A DNA stretch of 52,284 bases from a virus (taxonomy: Duplodnaviria; Caudoviricetes): IMG/VR virus record IMGVR_UViG_3300029258_001145, positions 1-52,284 of that record. One strand, written 5' to 3'. Positions 25,991 to 34,741 of this stretch are shown one piece after another. The notes beneath the pieces are model-generated. The model was not told the DNA's origin. It searched no databases and saw only the letters and a program-made list of their open reading frames with translations. Positions within the stretch are counted from its first letter, which is position 1, and each line of letters begins with the position of its first letter. Position numbers and translations under genes: made by a program.

Positions 25991-26191
25991 TCATGCCGCT
26001 TTCCCCTGACTCATGGCCCTCAGGCAACCAGGGCACGTTACGGGTCGGTCGGTTTCTTCGGGTTTACCAGCAAAACGCCAGTCCCGGTCACAAAGCGTCC
26101 ATGCCATCGGATCTCCCCTGTGTGTAAGGACCGCTGGGATGATGTCTCCCCGGTGTACCTCGGTTCCCTGGCCGATTCGGAAGTTCTTCAT
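25991..26191 (-). CDS. Small zinc-binding protein
   Basis: VH...TLC...VTCPGC. Confidence 0.55.
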   Translation of the reverse strand: MKNFRIGQGTEVHRGDIIPAVLTHRGDPMAWTLCDRDWRFAGKPEETDRPVTCPGCLRAMSQGKAA

Positions 26192-26757
26192 TGGGCTAGC
26201 CACGCCTCTGTGCGGCCCCTGATCTCGTCTAGGTCCACCTCGCACCTGGCGTACTCCAACAGACGGACACACGGCCATTTGCGTTCGGCGGAATAGGCGG
26301 CGGAATAGGCGGCGGAATAGGCGGCGGAACGGGCGGCGGAATAGGCGTCGTCGTCAACTAACCCAAACGCATAGGCCCGTGACACCCAAACCGCTTTTAC
26401 GCTCCGGGGGTCGGGGTTGGCCACAGCCTCAAGTGCCCGTTCTGCACAGTCACAGGCAAAGAGACGGGCCGTCTGTTCGTTCCAACCGTCAAGGTGTTTG
26501 GTCAACCGCGCCTGACGAACAACCACCTTTTCTTGATTCTCAACGAGCCTGCCCTTGTGCTCGACCTCGTAGAGGTCTTGGGCAATCCAAACAGGCAGGT
26601 CTTCCTCGCGGCACAGGTGGATGCCATTACGACATGGCACCAACTCGCCCTTGACCTTCCACCACTTGCCGGGCTTGCCGTTCTTGGGTAGGCCCCACTC
26701 GCCAGAACCACCGTGGGCCGGTTTGTTCCCGGTGTTCAGCCACTTATAGAGTTTCAT
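26188..26757 (-). CDS. Protein with AYSA repeats and an Imm5-like helical domain
   Basis: PCRNGIHLC, RLFACDCAERAL...DPRS..A; 12-bp repeats at ~26285-26347. Confidence 0.7.
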   Translation of the reverse strand: MKLYKWLNTGNKPAHGGSGEWGLPKNGKPGKWWKVKGELVPCRNGIHLCREEDLPVWIAQDLYEVEHKGRLVENQEKVVVRQARLTKHLDGWNEQTARLFACDCAERALEAVANPDPRSVKAVWVSRAYAFGLVDDDAYSAARSAAYSAAYSAAYSAERKWPCVRLLEYARCEVDLDEIRGRTEAWLAQ

Positions 26758-26857
26758 CGAATGCTCCTCGCGACGTACCAGAGCACGGCCCTCCAGAAAA
26801 TCTCCCGTGCCCTACACGTACTTGAGTCATATAGACGGAGTGCTTCGGTTAGGGGGG

Positions 26858-27409
26858 TCATGTTCCCTCCGTGAGCCACTTGCGGAACTTCGCTTGCGCC
26901 CGCTTGGGGGCTTGCCGATAGAGGTTCTGAAGCTGCCAGACGAATCGGTCGCTCTTGTTGTCCGGAACTTCGCCGGATGGGGCCGGGGGCTCGGGGGGCT
27001 CACCGTCGATCAACTTGAGGATGCGCGTCTGGCGCACCTGTGACCGATGCTCGGCCCTTAGGATGTGCGGCCACACCTCGTCCCAATGGCGGGCAATCTT
27101 CCGGTAGCGCACAGCGGTCCTGGGGTGAACGTCAACCTGTGCATGCTCGCACAAGTCGGTTCGCTCCCCCTGCGTTACGTCTGGCCCCAGCAACACGCCC
27201 CTGCGGTACTCCACGATGCGAAGCGCCTTCTCGAACTCCACTACATCGCCGTCGAAGGATTCGATGTAGGAGGCCATGCCCATTAGCTGCGCCTCGGCCT
27301 CATCCAACTCATCCCAGGTAGCGGCCTCTATCAGGGGTGCGGCCACATCTGCAGCCCAACCCTTCGGGACCGGCTGTTGACGGGGGTCGGGGACGATGAG
27401 CGCGTTCAT
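26858..27409 (-). CDS. Hypothetical protein, partner of the ParB-like gene
   Basis: ATGA-coupled to 27406..28281; RRGVLL...QGERTDL motif. Confidence 0.65.
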   Translation of the reverse strand: MNALIVPDPRQQPVPKGWAADVAAPLIEAATWDELDEAEAQLMGMASYIESFDGDVVEFEKALRIVEYRRGVLLGPDVTQGERTDLCEHAQVDVHPRTAVRYRKIARHWDEVWPHILRAEHRSQVRQTRILKLIDGEPPEPPAPSGEVPDNKSDRFVWQLQNLYRQAPKRAQAKFRKWLTEGT

Positions 27410-28281
27410 GCGACCAGCAACTCTGGAACGGTCTTCACGGAGTCGGTCGAGAACGTCCGGCGCTTCGCCTGTTTGGCGTTCCACGCCCTAACCACATCCG
27501 CCGCCACCTTGGTCGGCCTCATGTCCTTGCCGTTCACCAGAAGGTGGTCGCGAAGCTTCTTCTCAATGGAGCGGGGACCGAGGTTGGCCCCGGTAGCCAC
27601 GGCCTCAAAGAACTCGGTGGCCCGGCCATTGGTCATCTGGTGGGCCACCACATACAGGGCGGCGATGGTGGATTGCTTCGGGAGGTGATTGGCGCTCAAC
27701 ATCTTGTACAGGCGCACACCCTCTTGGACGTCATCGGGACCGACCTCCAGGTAGTATCTGTACGTCTCTTCTGGGGTTTTGATGGTCGGGAAACCCGAAG
27801 AGCTTCCGCGATAGCCGTTGCTGTGGTAGACGTTGATCTGGCGGGTGATGGCGGCAGCCTGGGTATAGTTGGCGACTCCCTCCATCGAGAAGATGTCGCC
27901 GGGCGACCGCTTCTTTCCCCCGTCGTACTTGGGGAAGAGGGCCGGGTCTTCTCCGAACTTCACATACATCGGAATCGAAACACCAGACTCGACGATGGCG
28001 TGCAGCCTGTGCTGACCCTGTTGGCACAGCCCGTTCCAGTCAAAGGTGATGGCCTCAGGGAGCAGTGCCCACAGACCGTTACTCATCCTTCTGGCCAACT
28101 CACGAACCCATGACGGCGACAATGGACGCTGAAGCCTCTGTCCCTCACCGTCTTCGCCCTCTGTGTTGTAGGTGAGGGCCGCAAGGGCCATCTCGGGCGT
28201 CATGAGGACCAACTTGAAGTGGGCTGGGGCCTTCTTGATCCAACCGAGAAACGTGTTCGCTGATACTTCCTGCACTTTCAT
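27406..28281 (-). CDS. ParB-N/DGQHR-like domain protein
   Basis: MTPEMA...QRPLS..WV..LARRM..G.W...AITFDWNG...QGQHRLHAIVESG. Confidence 0.75.
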   Translation of the reverse strand: MKVQEVSANTFLGWIKKAPAHFKLVLMTPEMALAALTYNTEGEDGEGQRLQRPLSPSWVRELARRMSNGLWALLPEAITFDWNGLCQQGQHRLHAIVESGVSIPMYVKFGEDPALFPKYDGGKKRSPGDIFSMEGVANYTQAAAITRQINVYHSNGYRGSSSGFPTIKTPEETYRYYLEVGPDDVQEGVRLYKMLSANHLPKQSTIAALYVVAHQMTNGRATEFFEAVATGANLGPRSIEKKLRDHLLVNGKDMRPTKVAADVVRAWNAKQAKRRTFSTDSVKTVPELLVA

Positions 28282-28763
28282 TTGAAAACCCCCTCTTCGG
28301 TAAGACCGCGTGCTTCCATCTCGTCACAGACAGCCGCGAGTTCTTCGTCAATCGCGGCGTCTCTTCGTTTCATGTGGGCCCGGTCGCCCCAGGAAACCCC
28401 GCGCCTCATGTCAATGCAGTTATCCTCACCCTCCATGGTCTTTTCGAGTTCACGCAATTCGTGGAAGCGGGCGATGAGTTCGGCGTCGGAGAGCACTCGG
28501 ATCTCCTCCTGTTTGGCTACCGACTTCAGGTGGGCAATTGCGTAATAGTTCTGGGGTGAGATTCTGAAATGCCTATCGTATTGGTCCTGCGGGCTGCCGA
28601 ACCCATCGCACTTCCACTGGCGGACCCTTCGCTCCGAAACACCCATGAGCTTCGCCGTTTGGGGCGTGTCCGCCATCTTGTGGACCCTCGCGGCAGAACG
28701 GGCATATGAACCGCGCCTCCGAGGGTCATTTCCGGTTTCACCTTTTTCGGTAGTGACGCCCAT
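28278..28763 (-). CDS. HTH protein at a CII-like position
   Basis: TAKLMGVSERRVRQWK; second gene of the early operon. Confidence 0.6.
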   Translation of the reverse strand: MGVTTEKGETGNDPRRRGSYARSAARVHKMADTPQTAKLMGVSERRVRQWKCDGFGSPQDQYDRHFRISPQNYYAIAHLKSVAKQEEIRVLSDAELIARFHELRELEKTMEGEDNCIDMRRGVSWGDRAHMKRRDAAIDEELAAVCDEMEARGLTEEGVFK

Positions 28764-28844
28764 GTGTTGCCTCCTTATTCATTCCCGCATGGACAGAGCG
28801 AGAGCCCCACCATGCAGCACGTCTCCCGAATCATCCCCGACGTC

Positions 28845-29045
28845 CTACGCAGCCTGATTGAGGATGGCGCGGACCCTCAGCGCCTCGGCCAACACGTCCT
28901 CCAGCGAGTTCTGCCGGAGAAGCGTGCTCCGGTCGGTTCCCCGGACAGCAACCAGGAAATCGACCTCGGCCAACTCAGAGGGCGTGCAGGTGATTGTCAC
29001 CCGCTCTGACCTCGACTCTTGCGTCTTTGGTGTCTCAGTGGTCAT
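28845..29045 (-). CDS. Ribbon-helix-helix regulator at the Cro position
   Basis: RSERVTITCTPSELAEVD...RSTLLRQ; first gene after the early promoter. Confidence 0.65.
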   Translation of the reverse strand: MTTETPKTQESRSERVTITCTPSELAEVDFLVAVRGTDRSTLLRQNSLEDVLAEALRVRAILNQAA

Positions 29046-29050
29046 TTGGT

Positions 29051-29128
29051 ACCGTCGTATACTTGGTGGACAGTGGGACATCTGACACTTACGTAAGGAA
29101 GTATACGGTCCCGTCAGATCTAACGCAA
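29051..29128 (-). promoter_or_regulatory. Early lytic promoter and operator region
   Basis: TTGCGT(29128-29123)-17-TATACT(29105-29100); ATCTGAC/GTCAGAT and CGTATACTT/AAGTATACG inverted pairs; palindrome CTTACGTAAG. Confidence 0.75.
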
Positions 29129-29138
29129 GGGTTTTATT

Positions 29139-29588
29139 TTGACGACGTTCACGGAGCGGTTCGCGAAGGTGGTTGAAGCCAAAGGACCGGAGAAACAGGT
29201 CGTGGCAGAACTACTTGGAGTGGACCCGAATCAGATTAGCCAGTGGTTGGGGGGAAGGAAGCCCAGCCTCGAACACTTGAGCAACATGAGCAAGAAGCTC
29301 AACGTCTCCGGGCACTGGCTCCTGACCGGCGAGGGCACAATGGATGACACGCCCGAGGAGGCACAGAAGAAACTCGGGGAACTCGAACGGAAACTAGCTG
29401 AGGCTCAGGACATCATTTCTAGGCCATCAGACGCAGAGCCTGGTTCCGTGGATGTCCTCCGGCGCGCTGGATTGCTTCCCTCAGATAAAGAGCCGGACTC
29501 GGAGGACGAGAGTACACAAACCGAAGATGATGATGATGACCCAGAAGCCGAGCCATCTGGTAGCGATCCAGTTCCGGCCCGAGGATGA
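29139..29588 (+). CDS. XRE-family HTH repressor (CI-like, no peptidase domain)
   Basis: VAELLGVDPNQISQWLGGRKPS...NVSGHWLLTGEG; divergent from the early operon. Confidence 0.85.
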   Translation: MTTFTERFAKVVEAKGPEKQVVAELLGVDPNQISQWLGGRKPSLEHLSNMSKKLNVSGHWLLTGEGTMDDTPEEAQKKLGELERKLAEAQDIISRPSDAEPGSVDVLRRAGLLPSDKEPDSEDESTQTEDDDDDPEAEPSGSDPVPARG

Positions 29589-29730
29589 AGTCCTCACCAT
29601 TCAGCCAAACCGTATGGATGACCATTCTCTCTTCGGTGCGATGGCGATGAAAGACGAAATGGCTACCCCGAGGAATGTCGAGCTCCGGGAAATCCTCGGT
29701 AGCCTCCCAGACCGCGATCCAATTTCGCAC
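29419..29730 (-). CDS. Hypothetical protein overlapping the repressor 3' end in antisense
   Basis: Strong AAAGGAGG SD 4 nt before GTG 29730; 103 aa. Confidence 0.55.
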   Translation of the reverse strand: MRNWIAVWEATEDFPELDIPRGSHFVFHRHRTEERMVIHTVWLNGEDFILGPELDRYQMARLLGHHHHLRFVYSRPPSPALYLREAIQRAGGHPRNQALRLMA

Positions 29731-29919
29731 AACACCTCCTTTTGATGCCCCTGGGGAGGGCTCGAACAATCTACACACGTAACCCGCAAGGGGTCCACGG
29801 GAAACATCTGATATGACTAGAGAGTGGGTTATCGCAGTTGCCGCTATTATTGTTTTGCCAATCGCCTTTGGGGCACTACTGGCCTATTTCCGGGCAAACG
29901 CCGAACGGAGAAAAGACGA

Positions 29920-30153
29920 GTGAGATGGCTAGTGTTGGTGGCGTGTCTGTGGGCGTGCTCCGACTCGACGGGCCCGAAGTGTACAGAGCGTACGGAAACC
30001 ATCGAGGTCGAGTGGGGAAGTCTGATGGAGGACGTCCAGGAACAGCTTGTCGAGGTCTTCCGCGCCGAGGGTTGGACGTGCCGTTCCCAGCCGCTACGCA
30101 ATGCCTTTGGTACGCAGATAGGACTCGTCTACACCTGTACGATTTGTGACTAG
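29920..30153 (+). CDS. Lipoprotein (possible lysogen-expressed exclusion protein)
   Basis: GGAG SD; MRWLVLVACLWA-CSDSTGP lipobox. Confidence 0.7.
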   Translation: MRWLVLVACLWACSDSTGPKCTERTETIEVEWGSLMEDVQEQLVEVFRAEGWTCRSQPLRNAFGTQIGLVYTCTICD

Positions 30154-30392
30154 GCCACAAACTGATAGGCGCTGATCTTTTGGACCTGGCCGTCCATACG
30201 GGGACGGGCAGCGCGGGTCGGCTTCATTTTGCCCTGGCCTATCAGCAGTTTGATTCGCTTGCGGGCCAGTTCGACGGAGCAGCCCATCAGTTCGGCGATC
30301 TCGTTGGCTGTGTAGGCGTCGTCGGGGCCGGGATCGCCGAGTGCGGTCCTCAACTCTTCGAGTAGTTCGGCCTCGGTTATTTTGCCGTCCAT
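30150..30392 (-). CDS. Winged HTH protein
   Basis: YTANEIAELMGCSVELARKRIKLLIGQGKM. Confidence 0.7.
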   Translation of the reverse strand: MDGKITEAELLEELRTALGDPGPDDAYTANEIAELMGCSVELARKRIKLLIGQGKMKPTRAARPRMDGQVQKISAYQFVA

Positions 30393-31210
30393 ACTTTCCC
30401 CCGCGAAGGCTTGTGGATGTCTTTGTGGACCTCGTAGTTGTCACCGTCCACGACGATGGCGATACCACCGATATCTGCCAGGCTTTCGGGCACCCTCTTG
30501 TGGACGTAGGACGTCGCGAGCTGGTAGGCCGGGGTCTGTATCACCCGGCAACGTTGGGCGTCGTAGGAATCAGAGTGGCGGTGGTAGTGGCTACGGATGG
30601 CGAGGTCGGGTATGCGCTCATCGCCCTTGACGCGCTCCATCACGATTTGGGCGGCGAGCAGGTTGGTCGCGTTCCAGTGAGTCCACGGCCTGAGCCCCGT
30701 CCGACCGTGGTGGGTGAAGTCCAAGAACACGCCCTCGCACTCCATCATCAGGTGCCACCAAGAGAAGCGGCGTTCGTCCTCTGGCTCGACCGGCCAGTCA
30801 TCAGATAGCGCCTTGGCTATGCCCTCTTCCTGGGCCGCGCCCTTGCCGACATGCGATTCCGTGCCCCTAATCAAGAAGATGCGCTCTAACCCAAGATCAA
30901 GCGGTGTGTCCAGGACGTCACGAACGACCTCGCGTTCCATCGCGTTAGTGATGGCCGACGTCTGGTATGTTCCGTGATGGAGGGGGCCGTCGGTTAGGTC
31001 TCCGTTGTTGACCCACCACGCTTCTGCGCTGTGCTTGCCCTTCAGTCCGTCCACCATGTCCCAAAAACTCAACCAACAGTCCCAAAGCCAGCCCTGACCC
31101 TTTGAGGGTCCCAACCACTGGCCATCATCATGGTAGACGCCCTTGGGTGACATGAGCCCCACACTACTACCACAGTGCGTATCGGATGTTACTGCGATGA
31201 CTTTCGACAT
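30377..31210 (-). CDS. Calcineurin-like metallophosphoesterase
   Basis: SDTHCG, NGDLTDG, RGTESH, THHG, RSHYH. Confidence 0.85.
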   Translation of the reverse strand: MSKVIAVTSDTHCGSSVGLMSPKGVYHDDGQWLGPSKGQGWLWDCWLSFWDMVDGLKGKHSAEAWWVNNGDLTDGPLHHGTYQTSAITNAMEREVVRDVLDTPLDLGLERIFLIRGTESHVGKGAAQEEGIAKALSDDWPVEPEDERRFSWWHLMMECEGVFLDFTHHGRTGLRPWTHWNATNLLAAQIVMERVKGDERIPDLAIRSHYHRHSDSYDAQRCRVIQTPAYQLATSYVHKRVPESLADIGGIAIVVDGDNYEVHKDIHKPSRGKVWTAK

Positions 31211-31388
31211 TTAGCCCCCACAGAATGAGAAAAGCAGAGCGCAGAGGGCCGACAGCATGACAGCGATACTGATGAGCTTGCGTCTAGAGACGCGCCGTGG
31301 TGTTAGACCCTCAACGCTCATACCGTGACCAACACCCAAACGGCCAACAGAACCACCAGTACGACAATCTGGGCACGGCGGCAGGTGT

Positions 31389-31562
31389 TCATGCGGTGTT
31401 TCCGTTGTTCCAGCGTTCGACGAGCTTCATACCGAACCATCCAGACACAAGGGCCGGCGCGACGACGACGAACGTGTTTTTGTCCTTGAACCAGTCGAGG
31501 GCCGCTGCCAGTGTGGCGAGGTAGAGAACAATCCAGAACGACCGCGACAAGAACTTGTTCAT
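31389..31562 (-). CDS. Small two-TM holin-like protein
   Basis: MNKFLSRSFWIVLYL...; lysis region. Confidence 0.55.
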   Translation of the reverse strand: MNKFLSRSFWIVLYLATLAAALDWFKDKNTFVVVAPALVSGWFGMKLVERWNNGNTA

Positions 31563-31807
31563 AGCCAATTCATCGGTGGCTTGCCCAGCATGACCGGGAC
31601 AAGGCGGAAACCGAAGTGGACAAGGAGCCACAACAGAAACAACAGGATGGGTACACCAACCCACGGAGCACGCTGGACGACGGCAACGGTGTTTTCCGTC
31701 AGGCTCCAGTGCTTGCCTGCGCCAACGGCGTACATCTCAACCACGAGCAAGAGTATGAGGATGAGCATGTAGGTGCTGAACCAACCGACGTGCAACTTGT
31801 ACATCAT
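31559..31807 (-). CDS. Two-TM membrane protein
   Basis: Hydrophobic helices; lysis region. Confidence 0.6.
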   Translation of the reverse strand: MMYKLHVGWFSTYMLILILLLVVEMYAVGAGKHWSLTENTVAVVQRAPWVGVPILLFLLWLLVHFGFRLVPVMLGKPPMNWL

Positions 31808-32109
31808 CGCACCATCGCTTTCGCCCACATCTCCGTAACTACAAAGTGCTGCCGAAGGGCATCGCCCGAGAGCATGGCTTCGAGTTTCCTCGCCTCATTG
31901 GCAAGGGGCAGCATATCTGGCTTTGAGTAGGCGGGTGTGATGTAGACGGTATCGACCTCGGTGACGGGCGGCAGTGTGACCACCTCAAGGACGGGCGGCT
32001 TGGCCAGGGCTACATCACGTTCGACCGTAAGCCTGTCACACTCGCGAGAGAACATCATGGCTACGGCCGTCACGATGAGTATGACCAGGAGGTAGAGTGT
32101 GTCCTTCAT
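31804..32109 (-). CDS. Membrane-anchored protein
   Basis: N-terminal TM helix; GGAGGAAGGA SD. Confidence 0.6.
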   Translation of the reverse strand: MKDTLYLLVILIVTAVAMMFSRECDRLTVERDVALAKPPVLEVVTLPPVTEVDTVYITPAYSKPDMLPLANEARKLEAMLSGDALRQHFVVTEMWAKAMVR

Positions 32110-32642
32110 CGGATTATCCTTCCTCCGAGGTAACCTAGTCCTACGTAGACCCCGGCCTCGACCAACTCACGGAACCAGCCGAAACGGGGCTCACGGAAGA
32201 TCAGGTCGGGGTGCGTTCGGACGCTCCATCCTGGATAACTGTGGAAACGCAATTCTTGCAGACCCCCCACGGATGTGGGACCGAAAAGCGTGATGTTATC
32301 CCTTTGGAAAAACCACCCAGGATCGTGTACGACCGACCGCAGCAGATACACGGTATCCGCCGGAGCCCACACCGTGTCTCCCCGAACCACCTCAACCACC
32401 GTATCGGGACGGCAGAAATCTTCGACAACATCTGTCGCGCCGGATGGCTGTGTGATAGCCACTTCGGGTTCCCGGTCACGATATACAATGCGATCCACAA
32501 ACGTTCGTATCGTGTCGGGCTCTCCGTAGATGGTGTCAACGCGGAACTCCGTATAGGTGATGGGCTCGCGGTCCGGCAGTAGCACATAGAGTGCTCCCGA
32601 CCCGACAACCAGCCCCGCAACGAGAATCAGTATCTCTTTCAC
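32106..32642 (-). CDS. Membrane protein (possible spanin-like)
   Basis: N- and C-terminal hydrophobic helices, repeated DT(V/I) units; downstream of the endolysin. Confidence 0.55.
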   Translation of the reverse strand: MKEILILVAGLVVGSGALYVLLPDREPITYTEFRVDTIYGEPDTIRTFVDRIVYRDREPEVAITQPSGATDVVEDFCRPDTVVEVVRGDTVWAPADTVYLLRSVVHDPGWFFQRDNITLFGPTSVGGLQELRFHSYPGWSVRTHPDLIFREPRFGWFRELVEAGVYVGLGYLGGRIIR

Positions 32643-32651
32643 CGCGTCCTC

Positions 32652-32918
32652 CTATGCCACGGGCTTTAGGCCCGGATGTTCGGACGGGCGCACGAACCGT
32701 CGGAGGTCGTGGACCTGTCCACAAAACGCGCAAATGTGATAGGGGTCATTCGGGTCTACGGCTTCGGTTAGCATGTAGGCCGTCCCACATGCTGGACAGT
32801 GGAAGTGGTTCCCATAGACCAACTCGGGACGAACAGGTTCCGGGTTCCGAATAATCATCGGAACGCTTAGTACTGAACCATCGTCTGCATCTTCACGCTG
32901 CGTTTGCCATCGTCTCAT
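32652..32918 (-). CDS. Zinc-ribbon protein
   Basis: HCPACG...ICAFCG. Confidence 0.55.
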   Translation of the reverse strand: MRRWQTQREDADDGSVLSVPMIIRNPEPVRPELVYGNHFHCPACGTAYMLTEAVDPNDPYHICAFCGQVHDLRRFVRPSEHPGLKPVA

Positions 32919-33342
32919 CTCGGAGTCTCCTAACACCCAGGAGCCTCGACCTACTGAATGGGCGAACACTCACGGTATCGCCCTGATTGCCACCAAGGAG
33001 GAAGACGCTATCGGCGTCGTGGCCCGAGTAGAAGCCAACGTGCCCCGATTCCGGGTTCGGTGGGCGATCCAAAATCACCACATCGAAGCCGGGCCTCGCG
33101 TCATCCAACTCGACAGCGGCCCCCACGTCCAACCAGCTCCGAGCATTCAACCGCTTGCTCCTGGGCAGTCGCAGGAGCCAGCAGACGTAGTTCGCAAAAG
33201 CACTGCACCACGGCACCTCGTCATGTTGTGGCCACGGATCATCAAGCTTGAGCATGGCCAGGATTTGGGGATTATCCCCCGACCCCGGCACCTCAGGAAT
33301 GCCGATAAACCGTTGTGCCAATACGTGGGCCGTGATTTTCAT
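32893..33342 (-). CDS. Endolysin, TIGR02594/NlpC-P60-like cysteine peptidase
   Basis: GIPEVPG..DNPQIL, DEVPWCSAF, ARSW, SGHVGF, LLGGNQGDTV. Confidence 0.9.
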   Translation of the reverse strand: MKITAHVLAQRFIGIPEVPGSGDNPQILAMLKLDDPWPQHDEVPWCSAFANYVCWLLRLPRSKRLNARSWLDVGAAVELDDARPGFDVVILDRPPNPESGHVGFYSGHDADSVFLLGGNQGDTVSVRPFSRSRLLGVRRLRDETMANAA

Positions 33343-33415
33343 TGTTCCCCCAACCCGCCCACGCCCGGGCGGAGGCAACCCGGCAAAGACTCAGAGAGTA
33401 CGTGGGCGGGGGTGT

Positions 33416-33649
33416 TCATTGGCCACCATTGATAAAGAGGCATTCGGCCGGGTCGGTGTTTCTTATCTCATGCTCGGCCCAGCATTCGAGCATATCGACG
33501 GCCGGTTGCATCTCATCCAGCCGCTGTGTGTTTTCCTTGACCTGGGCGGGAAGGCCGATCCACGCACCGAGCGCCATACCCAAAAGGACAGCCGCCCCCA
33601 GGGCCGTGATAGCTTTGGCTAGCGGGTCCATCTTTTTCCACCAGGTCAT
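33416..33649 (-). CDS. Holin-like membrane protein
   Basis: Single TM helix directly upstream of the endolysin. Confidence 0.5.
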   Translation of the reverse strand: MTWWKKMDPLAKAITALGAAVLLGMALGAWIGLPAQVKENTQRLDEMQPAVDMLECWAEHEIRNTDPAECLFINGGQ

Positions 33650-33653
33650 CGGA

Positions 33654-34007
33654 TCATCTCACAATTGGGGGTAACTCAGACGGGTAATCGAGGGTGGTGG
33701 TCGCACTTCCAGCCTGACCCCACGCCGTGAAAACAAGGCGGGCTGGGACCCCCTTCGGGATGTACCAGCGGTGTCCAGCACGTACACCCGGTTCGGCCAC
33801 ACCCTCCCCAATGAGGGTGCCGTTCATTTTCAGCTCCCAGTACGTCCAATCGGGGGGCGTTTGGGTGGCGTGCGCCTGGAAAGCAAAGTCCGTTGACGGG
33901 TCGTAGGAGTACCGCTCCTCGGGCACGCCCTGGAACCACACGTCGAGAGAAGCGGGATCGGTCGGCGATGAACATCCGAGGACCAAAAAGAGGGCGAGCC
34001 AGCGCAT
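33654..34007 (-). CDS. Lipoprotein
   Basis: MRWLALFLVLG-CSSPTDP lipobox, after the tail genes. Confidence 0.7.
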   Translation of the reverse strand: MRWLALFLVLGCSSPTDPASLDVWFQGVPEERYSYDPSTDFAFQAHATQTPPDWTYWELKMNGTLIGEGVAEPGVRAGHRWYIPKGVPARLVFTAWGQAGSATTTLDYPSELPPIVR

Positions 34008-34741
34008 CAGAAGGCCGTCCTCATCTGGGCGAGTGTGCGTGTGCCGTGTGCGATTTTCAGTGCCCGGAAATCGGCATTCGTTCGGAGGGAACCATTCACG
34101 TTGCCGAGGTGCAGATAGTCTCCCGCCCACGCCGACTGGAGTGCATTCGCGGTCCCGGCACTATCCGTTTGTGCCGCACCTCCATTGATGGAAACTTCGA
34201 GGGAGACGCCACCATCGGCCTCAAGGACGGCTAGGATCTCTACACCATCCCCTACACTCGGCTCGGGCGACAGGCTGATAGAAACGAATCGGGTCGCCGA
34301 CCCGTTATTGTGCGCCGCCGAATAGGAACCCGACCCATTGTCGATACGGAAGTACGGGGCCGTCGAATACGTGGTCTCGTGACCGATCTGAAGAAATGGC
34401 CCACCACTAGCCGCCGTGAGTGCCGAACAAACAAAAGTCAGATAGACGGTCATCTCACACGGCAGAATATTCATTTCCCACTTGAGCTTTTCGACCCCGG
34501 CGGTTGTCATCCTCAGGGTTGTTACTTCAAGGCCATCGTCCCAGTGCCAGGTCGGCTGGTGGTCAACAGCACTGTAGGATGTGCCGACCGAATCATCACA
34601 TGCCGTGGTCGCACCCGTCTTCGCATACGTCGCTGTCTGGTCGGTTAGTGGATCGAGACTCAAATCAGCAGCCCGCCAATGAAAGATCAGTCCTGACAGT
34701 TTCGTTGTGATGACTTCTGAGATTGCTACCGGAAGGCTCAT
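34007..34741 (-). CDS. Tail-associated LamG/concanavalin-like protein (possible receptor binding)
   Basis: Last tail gene; FHWRAADL...LHLGN...FRALKI...TLAQM. Confidence 0.55.
   Translation of the reverse strand: MSLPVAISEVITTKLSGLIFHWRAADLSLDPLTDQTATYAKTGATTACDDSVGTSYSAVDHQPTWHWDDGLEVTTLRMTTAGVEKLKWEMNILPCEMTVYLTFVCSALTAASGGPFLQIGHETTYSTAPYFRIDNGSGSYSAAHNNGSATRFVSISLSPEPSVGDGVEILAVLEADGGVSLEVSINGGAAQTDSAGTANALQSAWAGDYLHLGNVNGSLRTNADFRALKIAHGTRTLAQMRTAF

Noticed and set aside
26770-26822. Intergenic hairpin as a terminator
   Set aside because: The stem is present but there is no U-tract; function unsupported
28653-28666. Near-antisense match (CGCCCCAAACGGCG on the minus strand) to the terminator motif
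   Set aside because: Needs a 2-nt bulge and lies in coding sequence; may be chance in GC-rich DNA, so not claimed as the trans-acting RNA
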